DNA of 39,889 nt, taken from positions 58,859,284-58,899,172 of the forward strand of contig NC_057718.1 in the NCBI RefSeq assembly GCF_004010195.1, given 5' to 3'. The position numbers and the translations under genes were made by a program. Below, in pieces: positions 24,526 to 34,799 of the stretch. Below the pieces are notes generated by a model. The model had not been told where the DNA came from, ran no database searches, and saw nothing but the letters and a program-made list of their open reading frames with translations. The DNA comes from Chiloscyllium plagiosum (lineage: Eukaryota). How positions within the stretch are numbered: position 1 is the stretch's first letter; each line of letters starts with the position of its first letter.

Positions 24526-26136
24526 CCCAACGCCTTATCTTCACCATGGTCCCCAACGCCTTATCTTCACCATGGATCCCCAATGCCTTATCTTCACCAT
24601 GGACTCATCTCTGCATACCTCAACATGGTCCTGTCCCCCTTAGTCCAAGAACTCCCCACCTACGTTCGGAACACCACCCACGCCCTCCACCTCCTCCATG
24701 ATTTTCACTTCCCCGGTCCCCAACGCCTTATCTTCACCATGGACATCCAGTCCCTGTACACCTCCACCCCCCATCACGAAGGACTCAAAGCCCTCCGCTT
24801 CTTCCTTTCCTGCCTTACCAACCAATTCCCTTCCACTGACACCTTCCTTCGACTGACTGAACTGGTCCTCACCCTGAACAACATCTCTTTCCAATCCTCC
24901 CACTTCCTCAAACCAAAGGAGTAGCCATGGGCACCCGCATGGGCCCCAGCTATGCCTGCCTCTTCGTAGGATATGTGGAACAGTCCATCTTCCGCAGCTA
25001 CACTGGCACTCCCCCCACCTTTTCCTCCGCTACATCGATGACTGTATCGGCGCTGCCTCATGCTCCCACGAGGAGATTGAACAGTTCATCCACTTTACCA
25101 ACACCTCCACCCCGACCTCAAATTCACCTGGACCGTCTCAGACTCCTCCCTCCCCTTCCTAGACCTTTCCATTTCTATCTCGGGCGACCGAATCAACACG
25201 GACATTTACTATAAACCGACCGACTCCCACAGCTACCTAGACTACACCTCCTCCCACCCTGCCCCCAGTAAAACCGGCATCCCATATTCCCAATTCCTTT
25301 GTCTCCGCCGCATCTGCTCCAGGAGGACCAGTTCCAATACCGAACAACCAAGATGGCCTCCTTCTTCAAAGACCGCAATTCCCCCCCAGACGTGGTCGAC
25401 GATGCTCTCCACCGCATCTCCTCCAATTTCCGCTCCTCCGCCCTTGAGCCCCGCCCCTCCAATCGCCACCAGGACCGAACCCCACTGGTCCTCACCTACC
25501 ACCNNNNNNNNNNNNNNNNNNNNNNNNNNNNNNNNNNNNNNNNNNNNNNNNNNNNNNNNNNNNNNNNNNNNNNNNNNNNNNNNNNNNNNNNNNNNNNNNN
25601 NNNNNNNNNNNNNNNNNNNNNNNNNNNNNNNNNNNNNNNNNNNNNNNNNNNNNNNNNNNNNNNNNNNNNNNNNNNNNNNNNNNNNNNNNNNNNNNNNNNN
25701 NNNNNNNNNNNNNNNNNNNNNNNNNNNNNNNNNNNNNNNNNNNNNNNNNNNNNNNNNNNNNNNNNNNNNNNNNNNNNNNNNNNNNNNNNNNNNNNNNNNN
25801 NNNNNNNNNNNNNNNNNNNNNNNNNNNNNNNNNNNNNNNNNNNNNNNNNNNNNNNNNNNNNNNNNNNNNNNNNNNNNNNNNNNNNNNNNNNNNNNNNNNN
25901 NNNNNNNNNNNTCACCTTGACCTCCTTCCACCCATCACATTTCCAATGCCCCTCCCCCAAGTCCCTCCTCCCTACCTTTTATCTTAGCCTGCTGGACACA
26001 CTTTCCTCATTCCTGAAGAAGGACACATGCCCGAAACGCGATTCTCCTGTTTCTTGGATGCTGCCTGACCTGCTGTGCTTTTCCAGCAACCCATTTTCAG
26101 CTCTGATCTCCAGCATCCGCATTCCTCACTTTCGCC
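24526..26136 (+). mobile_element. 5'-truncated Penelope-like retroelement (RT fragment, family A 3' end)
   Basis: PLE-type RT motifs IFTMDIQSLYTS, GVAMGTRMGPSYACLFVG, FLRYIDD and YYKPTD..YL; it ends in the family A terminus. A 16-bp TSD gcctagcaatcacttt lies at 24510-24525 and 26134-26149. Confidence 0.9.
25504..25911. other. Assembly gap (N run)
   Basis: Run of n characters. Confidence 1.
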
Positions 26137-26568
26137 TAGCAATCACTTTTCTTGCTTCCCACAGAGTTCTAGGGTACACCTGATCAGGTCCTGGGGATTT
26201 ATCCACTTTGTTGCATTTCAAGACATCCAGCACTTCCTCCTCTGTAATATAGACATTTTTCAAGATGTCACCATCTATTTCCTTACACTCTATATCTTCC
26301 ATGTCCGTCTCCACAGTAAACACTGATGCAAAATGCTCATTTAGTATCTCCGCCATCTCCTGCGGTTCCACACAAAGACCGCCTTGCTGATCTTTGAGGG
26401 GCCCTATTCTCTCCCCAGTTACCCTTTTGTCCTTAATGTATTTGTAAAAACCCTTTGGATTCTCCTTAACTCTATTTGGCAAAGCTTTATCATGTCCCCT
26501 TTTTGCCCTCCTGATTTCCCTCTTAAGTATACTCCTACTGCCTTTATACTCTTCTAAGGATTCATTTG

Positions 26569-26704
26569 GGTTAGTGGTGCTGGAAGAGCACAGCAGTTCA
26601 GGCAGCATCAGGAGCTTCTCTTTGGATGCTGCCTGAACTGCTGTGCTCTTCCAGCACCACTAATCCAGAATCTGGTTACCAGCATCTGCAGTCATTGTTT
26701 TTAC
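26569..26704. mobile_element. Fold-back PLE-derived element (family A'), 136 bp, lacking the hammerhead core
   Basis: Inverted arms ttagtggtgctggaagagcacagcagttcaggcagcatc / gatgctgcctgaactgctgtgctcttccagcaccactaa, with a tail on the right only. TSD ctaaggattcatttg at 26554-26568 and 26705-26719. Confidence 0.9.
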
Positions 26705-28096
26705 CTAAGGATTCATTTGATCTATCCTGTCCATATCTGACATATGCTTCCTTCTTTTTCTTAACCAAACCCTCAATTTCTTTTGTGATCCAGCATTCCC
26801 TATGCCTACCAGCCTTTCCTTTCACCCTAACAGCAATATACTGTCTCTGGATTCTCATTATCTCATTTCTGAAGGCTTCCCATTTTCCAGCTGTCTTTTT
26901 AAATGGATTCCTGGAGATGTTATTATGTGCCCATACAATTACCCGAACAACACATGCATGCTTGTGACGTGCTATCTCCCAATTTAATTAGATATCATTA
27001 GACTCAATATCTAAGATCCTTGATTGTCGGCCAGATAGTCTTTTGTTCCATTTTTGATCATTTTACTTTGGCTAAAGAGAAAGTTTAAAAAATTACTAAG
27101 ATAAATACAACCCTTTATAATGTCCAAATGATTTTTCTCCAGGATTACACATGGTGTTCAGATAACTGATCTCCAATTCCAGGTGACTCTGGGTCAATCC
27201 TGGATGATTGGCAACGCTCGAAGCAAATGTACAAAAGAGTGAAGATGGAGCCCCTCCTGGCTATCCAGACAGTGAAGAATCCTGCGAGCTCGTGAGCTGC
27301 AAATGAGGGTGCCCTTGGATTCTGACTTAGAGATTCTAAGATACCAATTATATCACAGTTTTCTATTTGGTCTGAAACTGACAAGTCCATCATGATGTTG
27401 TATTAAAATACAGCAGGTGTCAGTATGGTTTCATCTAAATTGAGATTAGGCCTTTGAATTAAGATCCTCACATACATACAAAAACTGATGAGTTGAAATG
27501 TTGGGGCAGGCAGCTCTGCTGTGGGAAGGAGGCAATGCATACTCAGATATGATTTACAATTTTTTGGCTACCTTAATGCAAAGGGTGGGCTAGGTTAAAG
27601 CCAGTGCTTATATCTCTGCTATTCATATCTTCGCTCCATCTGAGCCTTGATTTACTAGTCAGCCTGAAAACCTAGGTTTTCAAAAGAATTATTTGTGTTG
27701 TCACATAGTTAATGTATGAGCATGGAACATTTAGTCAGTATGTCAGGGACAGAAGTGAAATGTGATATATATCTCCTTAACTGAGACAAACTGGATAACT
27801 CATGAATAACAAATCTTGAGTATTTGAATTATGGCCAACCTCATGCACATGAGTGCTTCATATATCTCACTGACGGTCTGACACTTCCTATATCTTTCAT
27901 TATTTACATTATGTTCTTATATCATTTGTTTTTAACACTATCTCCTAAATATCTCCACTATTTGCAGACACGATGATTTACTTTACCATAAGGGGAATAG
28001 TTTATTACTATTTCATAATAAAACAATCAAACAGTCCTCCTGTGTGTGATTCTTCAGCTTCATGAATCATGCATTTTTTTTAGCAACTTACTTTTC

Positions 28097-28505
28097 ATTT
28101 TATTATTATTTGTTCATGGCATGTGGCTTGGCCAGCATTTATTGCTCATCACTAATTGCCCAGAGGACACTTAAGAGTTAACCGCATTGCTATGGGTCTG
28201 GAGTCATATGCAGGCCAGACCAGGTAAGGATGGCAGTTTCCTTCCCTAGAGGACATTAGTGAACCAGATGGCTTTTTCTGACGATCAACAATGGAGACTC
28301 TTAATTCCAGTTTTTTTTAAATTGAATTCAAATTCCTCCATCTGCCATGGTGGGATTCAAATCCAAGTCCCCAGAACATTGCCTGGGTCTCTGGAACAAC
28401 TCGTCGGATGCTGCCTGAATTGCTGTGCTCTTCCAGCATCTGCAGTCATTGTTTTTACCTCTGGATTAACAGTCCAACAATAATATCACTAAACCATTGC
28501 CTCCT
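28097..28505 (-). mobile_element. tRNA-derived DeuSINE (SacSINE1-like) containing a small PLE insert
   Basis: The reverse strand has a tRNA-like head, a Deu-like core (ggttcactaatgtcc..ggaaggaaa..ccttacctggtctggcct..gactccagaccc) and a tail shared with LINE family 2. A PLE A' fragment at 28396-28458 is flanked by ctctgga repeats. Confidence 0.75.
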
Positions 28506-29924
28506 CATTCAGATGAGTCTTTTTTAATATTGCTGAGAGATTAAAAGAAAAACCTATCTTAATAAACTGTGTACACAAAATCAGGTACCCATGTTAGTTC
28601 ATAAATCAAATTTGTTGAAGATAACATGTTACTGTCTGTTAGGACTGTCCATGACTGGGTAGCACAAAATGGCTGACAACTGTCCCTGACAAGCTCTGAA
28701 GAAAATGGCTGACAGTAGTTAGAGTGTGTGGAAAAATATATGCTTAATACAGCCTTAGCAAGTAGGACAGTAGCATCTCTATAAGAAACAAGGTTACTGG
28801 CTGAGGTGGAATGTGCAGCTGCAATTGCTGACATAGATAAGAACATTTTACACTAAGTAGTCATTGCTCTTGAATTATTTAATTAATCTGTTACAATATT
28901 AAGCATAGGTTTTAGTTCAGGTCATTCAGATAATCATGGATATAGATTCCGAGTTATATATTCACACATACACAAAAAAGAATCACCAAAGGAAAAGATT
29001 CAAGCCAGTTTCAGGCAGTAGAGTAGGCCCCACTTATTATTAAAGTCTGTGAAAACATCATCACCGGGGCTGGACCACCAGCCTATCTGCCTCTTTAAGC
29101 GCTGTACCAGAGAGCCAATCACAGAGGGGTAACCCGGTACCAATAGTATCAAAGGGAGCAGCGTGCGCACTTTACGTTTTAACTGTTTAAAATTTGAAGT
29201 TTTTGTGTGCCTTGCTGTGAAGAAAATCTGAAGCTGTAGTGAAGTTGTACCAAAATAAAGTTGTACCTGAATCTATCACTGGACTTGAATTCTCATTCAA
29301 AAATATGAGATCTCATACTGTCACATGAAGAAAGGTGCAGTGTTCATATAATGCAGTTTGATATGTGAATATATTTGAGTTCTGCAGCATTTTGTTAGGA
29401 GCAGGGAGAAATAAATGTGAAAATATTTGGAATATACAAAATATGTAACTTATTGTTGAATATCCTCCATCTTTTCATGACCACTTGAGCAGGGATAACT
29501 GATCTTTCTCCTTTCTCATTGAACATCTGACCACAAGAAGGTTTTGAATTTAAAAATAGGATGGTGAATTATCATTTCTGTGTGCGCATGGCTGTTTGCA
29601 ATTTGTAAGAATTACTACTGACACTTATATTCAAGTCAAACACAATAAAGTTAGTTTTTTTGGTCAAATCCTAATTAGGTAAATGTAACTAAAAAATGGT
29701 TTAAGTTGTACAGATACAATTCACTAACACCCCAACAAAAATGTTCTTCCAGATACAGGGAAGCAATTTGACTTTACAGAGTATTGAATGTTAAACTTGG
29801 CCAAGTAAGATGCAGCTAACAAGGTAAAGTTAATAATGTTCACTGATTGCATCCAATTATCTTGGTTCTCATGAGGCAATTGTTCCCTATACAAAAAGAG
29901 AAGTGACTCAAACATCACATCAGC

Positions 29925-30445
29925 TCTGGCAGCATCTGTGGAGAGAAAGTAGAGTTAACATTTAGGATGCAGTGAAACTTCTTTATAACTGATGGTAGCG
30001 GGGAAAAGGTTGTCTTTTTATGCAGAAGATAGGGTAGAGGGAGGGGACAGGAATAAACAATAGGTGGAAATAGAGCCCAAAAAGAGTGAAGAACAGGAGA
30101 AAAGACAGGGCTCTTAGCCCACTCTGACCCATCTCCTGCACTTCAGCCCTCTTTTCCCTCCCACCATTGTCCTCATCTACCATCCCACCAGCATCCACAT
30201 TCAGAGGATCATTAGCCACAATTTCCACCACATCCATCAGGATGCGACCACCAGATACATACTCTGTCAGCATTCTTCATGGACTGTTCTGTCCTGTGTC
30301 ACCATGGTCCACTCCTCCTTCACTGCCAACACATCCCCAGAGCACCTTCCCCTGCAACCGCAGAAAGTGTAACCTGCCCATTTACTTCCTCCCTTTTCAG
30401 TATGCAAGGGCCCAAACACACTTGCCAGGTGAAGTAGCACTGTAG
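29925..30445. mobile_element. Old PLE (family C): reverse-strand terminus followed by a plus-strand ORF fragment
   Basis: ctggcagcatctgtggagagaa.. matches the reverse complement of 33545-33566. The plus strand reads TFPCNRRKCN, a Cys-rich RT-EN linker. Confidence 0.6.
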
Positions 30446-30697
30446 CAATGTAGGCTTAAATAAAATGTTGCAGAGAGATGGAGAGAAAATCTCACCCTGC
30501 CATCTTAGGTGAGCGCTTACCAAATCTATATTCGACATTCACAGAAAGGGTTGTAAAACATGACCTCTCGTTGTTAGCAGTATACTCTAAACGTCAGTTT
30601 ACCAACTCATGCCGCCCAACTTACCTTTAGCCATGGTTCTTTTTAATCAAGGTGATTAACTTTTAATATCCCTGTGGTTGACTTTTTAAAAATTCAG

Positions 30698-30830
30698 GGA
30701 GAAAGTGAGGTCTGCAGATGCTGGAGATCAAAGTTGAAACTTTATTGCTGGAACAGCACAGCAGGTCAGGCAGCATCCAGGGAACAGGAGATTCGACGTT
30801 TCGGGCACAGGCCCTTCTTCAGGAATGAGA
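30698..30830 (-). mobile_element. PLE terminus (family A) with tail
   Basis: Matches 23828-23947 and extends through the whole hammerhead. Confidence 0.88.
30791..30826 (-). ncRNA. Best-preserved minimal type I hammerhead ribozyme motif
   Basis: Reverse strand reads ATTC CTGAAGA a GGGC ctgt GCCC GAA ACGT C GAAT: stem I ATTC/GAAT, stem II GGGC/GCCC and palindromic ACGU stem III. Confidence 0.78.
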
Positions 30831-31190
30831 AGAACAGAAACAGAATCCCCAAGTGGAAAATGAAGTGTTGTTCTTTGAACTTGCGTTAAGGAACACTGCA
30901 ACAGATCTGGGACAGAAATGTTGGTGTAGGAACACAGTGGTGTGTTGAAGTGGAGGCAGTGGGAAACTCTGGGTCATGTTTTACAGACAGAGTGTAGGTG
31001 TTCAGCAAAGCGGTCATCAAATCTGTGTTTCATCTCCCCCGATATACAGGAGACCACATTCTGAGCAGTGAATGAAATAAATGAGTTGAGAGAAGTGCAG
31101 GTAAGCTGCTGCTTCACCTGGAAGGTGTGCCTGAGGCCTTGGATACTGAGGTTGGAGGAAGTAAATCGGCAAGTAAGTCACCTTGTGCAA
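30831..31190 (-). pseudogene. PLE GIY-YIG endonuclease relic
   Basis: Across frameshifts it reads QVKQQLTCTS..CSECGLLYIG.EMKHRFDDRFAEHLHSV..HFNTP..KFKEQHFIFHLG. Confidence 0.75.
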
Positions 31191-31249
31191 GACCAACCCC
31201 TTCCCACAAACGTCACTTCAATATATTACCACCTTTCCTGAGCTGTTAA

Positions 31250-31295
31250 CAGTTCTGATGAAGAATCGCCAGACTCGAAATATTATCTTGCTTTC
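31250..31295 (+). mobile_element. PLE family C terminus with degenerate hammerhead; continues at 32985-33072 after a CR1 insertion
   Basis: Reads CTGATGA a gaatc gcca gactc GAAA tatt; downstream half tctcacagatgct..atttctgttttgtttc..tccagcat. Confidence 0.55.
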
Positions 31296-32985
31296 AAAGA
31301 ACACAGAACATTACAGCACAGTCCAGGCTCTCTGACCCTCAATGTTGTGCTGACCTGTGAAACCAGCCTGAAGCTGAACTAACCTGCATTGTTGCATTAT
31401 CATCCATATGTTTATCCAATGGCCATTTAAAAAGACATTAAAGTCGGTGAGTCTACTACAGTTGCAGGCAGGGAGTTTCACGCCATTACTACTCTCTGAG
31501 TAAAGAAACTACCCCTCTGACATCTGTCCTATATCTATCACCGCTCAATTTAAAGCTATGTCCTCTCATGCTAGCCATCACTATCCGAGGAAAACGTCTC
31601 TCTCTGCTAACACTATCTAATCCTCTGATCATCTTTCACATCTCTATTAAGTCACCTCTCAACCTCTTCCTTCTAACGAAAACAGCCTCAGGTCACTCAG
31701 TCTTTCCTCAGAAGACCTTCCTTCCATACCAGACAATATCCTCATAAATCTCCTCTGCATCTTTTCCAAAACTTACACATCCTTCCTATAATGTGGTAAC
31801 CAGAACTGTACGCAATACTCCAAGTGCGGCCACACCATAGTTTCCTACAGCTGCAACATAACCCCATGGTTCATATGCCTTCTTAACAATCCTATTAACC
31901 TGGGTGGCAACTTTCAGGGATCTATGTACATGGACACGGAGATCTTTCTGCTCATCCACACTGCAAGAACCTTACCATTACCCCAGTACTCTGTATTACT
32001 GTTACTTCTTCCAAAATGAATCACCTCACACTTTTCTGCATTAAACTCCATTTGCCACCTTTCAGCCCAACTCTGCAGCTTATCTATGTCCCTCTGTAAG
32101 CAGCAATATCCTTCAGCACTGTCCACAGCTCGACCGACCTTAGAGTCATTTGTAAATTTACTAACCCATCCTTCTACGCCATCATCCAGGTCATGTATAA
32201 AAATGACAAACAGCAGTGGCCCCTAAACAGATCCTTATGGTATACCACTAATAACTGAACACCAGGATGAACATTTGCCACCACCACTCTCTGTCTTCTT
32301 TCAGCTAACCAATTTCTGATTCATACCACTAAATCACCCTCAATCCCATACCTCCATATTTACTGCAACAGCTTACCATGGGGAACCTTATCAAACGCTT
32401 TACTGAAATCCATGTACACCACATCAACCACTATACCCTCATTCATCTTCTCAACCATCTCAATAAGCTTTGCGAGGCACGACCTGCCCTTCACAAAACT
32501 GTGTTGACTATCCCTAATCAAATTGTTCCTTTCTAGTTAATAATAAATCCTATATCTTATAATTCTTTCCAGCACTTTACCCACAACTGAAGTAAGGCTC
32601 ACTGCTCTATAATTACCAAAGTTGTCTCTACTCCCCTTCTTGAACAAGGGGACAACATTTGCTATCTTCCAGTCTTCTGGCACAATTTCTGTCGACAATG
32701 ACGACATAAAGATCAAAGCCAAATGTTCTGCAATCTCCTTCCTGGCTTCCCAGAGAATCTGAGGATAAATCACATCCGGCCCAGGGGACTTATCTATTTT
32801 CACACTTTCCAGAATTGCTAACACCTCCTCCTTACGAACCTCAGTCCCATCTCATCTAATAGCCTGTACCTCAGTGTTCTCCTCAACAACATTGTCTCTT
32901 TCCAGTGTAAATACTAATGAAAAATATTCATTTAGCACCTCTCCTATCTCCTCGGACTCCAAGCACAAATTCCCACTCCTGTCCT
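31296..32985 (-). mobile_element. CR1 LINE, 5'-truncated
   Basis: Motifs KSPGPDVIYP, NVVPLFKKG..NYRAVSLTSV and WAERWQMEFNAEKCEVIHFG; aaagaacacagaaca tail. Confidence 0.9.
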
Positions 32986-33427
32986 TTCTTCTCACAGATG
33001 CTACCATATCAGCAGAGTCTCTGCAGAAATTTCTGTTTTGTTTCCAATCTCCAGCATTCGCTGTTGTGTTTTAATTCCCAAATGAGCCTGACTTTACAAG
33101 CAAATGTGACTGACTGAGTTCCAGCTGACAAAGAGGGAAGGAGCAGAAAAGCTGGGTGACTGGTTGGCCAATAAAATCTGAGTGCTTTGCTGAAGCATGC
33201 AAATATTTTTCAAAGCACAACATCTGTCAGACAAATAAGTCATTTGTTTAATCTCCGCAAAGAACTATTCAATGCTGATGGCTTGTGAAGGCTTATGATG
33301 CTGGGAGCTTAGCTTCAGTAATGTGTGTAAGATCCTTTCATTGTTCTAAATACCTACAGTGTGGCTGTTAGAAGATGCAGCTTGTGGGCTGTTACATCCA
33401 CATTTCTGTCAAGTCCTAATGATATGT

Positions 33428-33567
33428 TAAAAGCCAAAAGAACTGCGGCTGCTGTAAATCAGAAACAAAAACAGAAATTGTTGGAGAGACTCTGCTGGTA
33501 TGGTAGCATCTGTGGGTTCTGAGGCTCAGTCGACCCAAAACGTTTCTCTTCACAGATGCTGCCAGCT
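33428..33567. mobile_element. Degenerate fold-back PLE-derived element (family C)
   Basis: tggtagcatctgtg and cacagatgctgcca are inverted around a decayed ctga..gacccaaaacgtt core; the left arm matches the reverse complement of 32990-33070. Confidence 0.55.
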
Positions 33568-33917
33568 CTAATGCTATGTTCTAGGTTCAGTTACAGAAAG
33601 CAAGCAAGCAGGCTCTTGCTCAAAGTTTTCTCCGCCTCTCGTTCCTTTACCTCATAAAGGATAAAGCTGGATGGGATGCTGAGACATTTTCTTATTTGGT
33701 GAGGGATCCACTGGGAATGATAACTAAGCAGAGATACTTGCCATGTGTTCAGTGTGTCGGTCTCTGCTGTCTGCTTTGCCTGGAGCTGCTGCTTCCATTA
33801 TGCGCCTGGGACCCATGATTTTCATCGCAACTCACTCTGTGATTATCTTTTTGAATTGAGACTCAACAGCATTTGGCAAGATTTAACAATGTTACTCAGG
33901 GCTGGCAACACAGAAAC

Positions 33918-34082
33918 AAAGTTAAAAATCAGACAACACTAGGTTATAGTTCAACAGATTTATCAGCTACCTGATGAAGGAGCAGTGCTCCGGAAGCTAG
34001 TGCTTCCAAATAAACCTGTTGGACTATAACCTAGTGTTGTCAGATTTTTAACTTTGCCCACCTTAGTCCAACACCGGCACCT
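33918..34082. mobile_element. Fold-back PLE-derived element (family B)
   Basis: Arms 33918-33963 and 34011-34056 are inverted. The hammerhead at 33968-34002 has GAAA changed to GGAA, and the tail is on the right arm. Confidence 0.85.
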
Positions 34083-34782
34083 AGCAGGTTGTCTGTGCGG
34101 CGATTCCGGAGGCGGTTGTTTGGGCCGCGATCATGAAGGTTGCGCGGTCGGTGGGGGCGGAAGTGACGTCATCGTCGGCGGCGTCTGCGGCTATTGCCGC
34201 GGGCGCTGTAGCGGCCGCGTGTGTAATGGCGCCGGACTGGTTTCGGAGGCCGATGGAAGTTTCTGGAACGGTTGAGGTATCCGGAGTTTGGGGGTAAGTG
34301 CATGAAAGTTTTTGGTACTTACTGCCTTTAATTTCCGATATGGCTAGAAAGAACTGTTTGTTCAGTCTATGGATTCTTCTGTGGATGAAGAACAGTAGAG
34401 GTCCTTTACATGTCTGTGAGAGAGTTGTCCTGAGCTGGGGTATGTCGAGTTGCAGGGAATGTAGGTACCGGCGCATGGCTGCAAGCGTGGAGTGGAGGAT
34501 CTGGAGGGAGGTCCGTTGCTGGAGGCTGCGGATTTGTTGCAGGTACTGGTAGTCCTGGTTGGGTCCAAATTGTGTTGGTCGGAAGGTGATCTGGAGTCCA
34601 TGGGGGATCAGTCGGTTCCGTAGGCAGGTGCTGAGAAAGGAGATATGGCTGTGGTAACGAGTCTGCTTCAGAATGTGGCTGAAGAGCTTCTGTGCAGAGG
34701 AGATGACCTGGGGTGTGCAGTGAGAGAGGGACTCACTGAAATCTTTGTAGAGAGAGGCAGAGAGCTTCTTCAAGGAAGGCAT
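34081..34782 (-). CDS. Uninterrupted 233-aa ORF, probable N-terminal part of a PLE polyprotein (3'-truncated)
   Basis: ATG start; HISFLSTCLRNRLIPHGL resembles the PLE N-terminal 'HxxFLxxCxxxxxIPxGL' motif. It is CpG-rich and ends at the junction with the family B tail. Confidence 0.6.
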   Translation of the reverse strand: MPSLKKLSASLYKDFSESLSHCTPQVISSAQKLFSHILKQTRYHSHISFLSTCLRNRLIPHGLQITFRPTQFGPNQDYQYLQQIRSLQQRTSLQILHSTLAAMRRYLHSLQLDIPQLRTTLSQTCKGPLLFFIHRRIHRLNKQFFLAISEIKGSKYQKLSCTYPQTPDTSTVPETSIGLRNQSGAITHAAATAPAAIAADAADDDVTSAPTDRATFMIAAQTTASGIAAQTTC

Positions 34783-34799
34783 CCTTGTAAGGCATCCTT

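Larger units (their letters stand above)
22871..26895 (-). mobile_element. CR1 LINE, 5'-truncated, hosting three PLE-derived insertions
   Basis: Motifs VKENPKGFYKY, KSPGPDQVYPR, MDFSMAFNKV, PQGSV..SKFADN; (agagtcat)n-like tail at 22871. Confidence 0.9.

Noticed and set aside
24526..24602. CRISPR-like direct repeats
   Set aside because: There are no spacers, the context is eukaryotic and the unit is a copy of internal RT sequence.
25242..26183. Long ORFs in the track (229, 294, 172, 154 aa)
   Set aside because: Artefacts of translating through the N gap.
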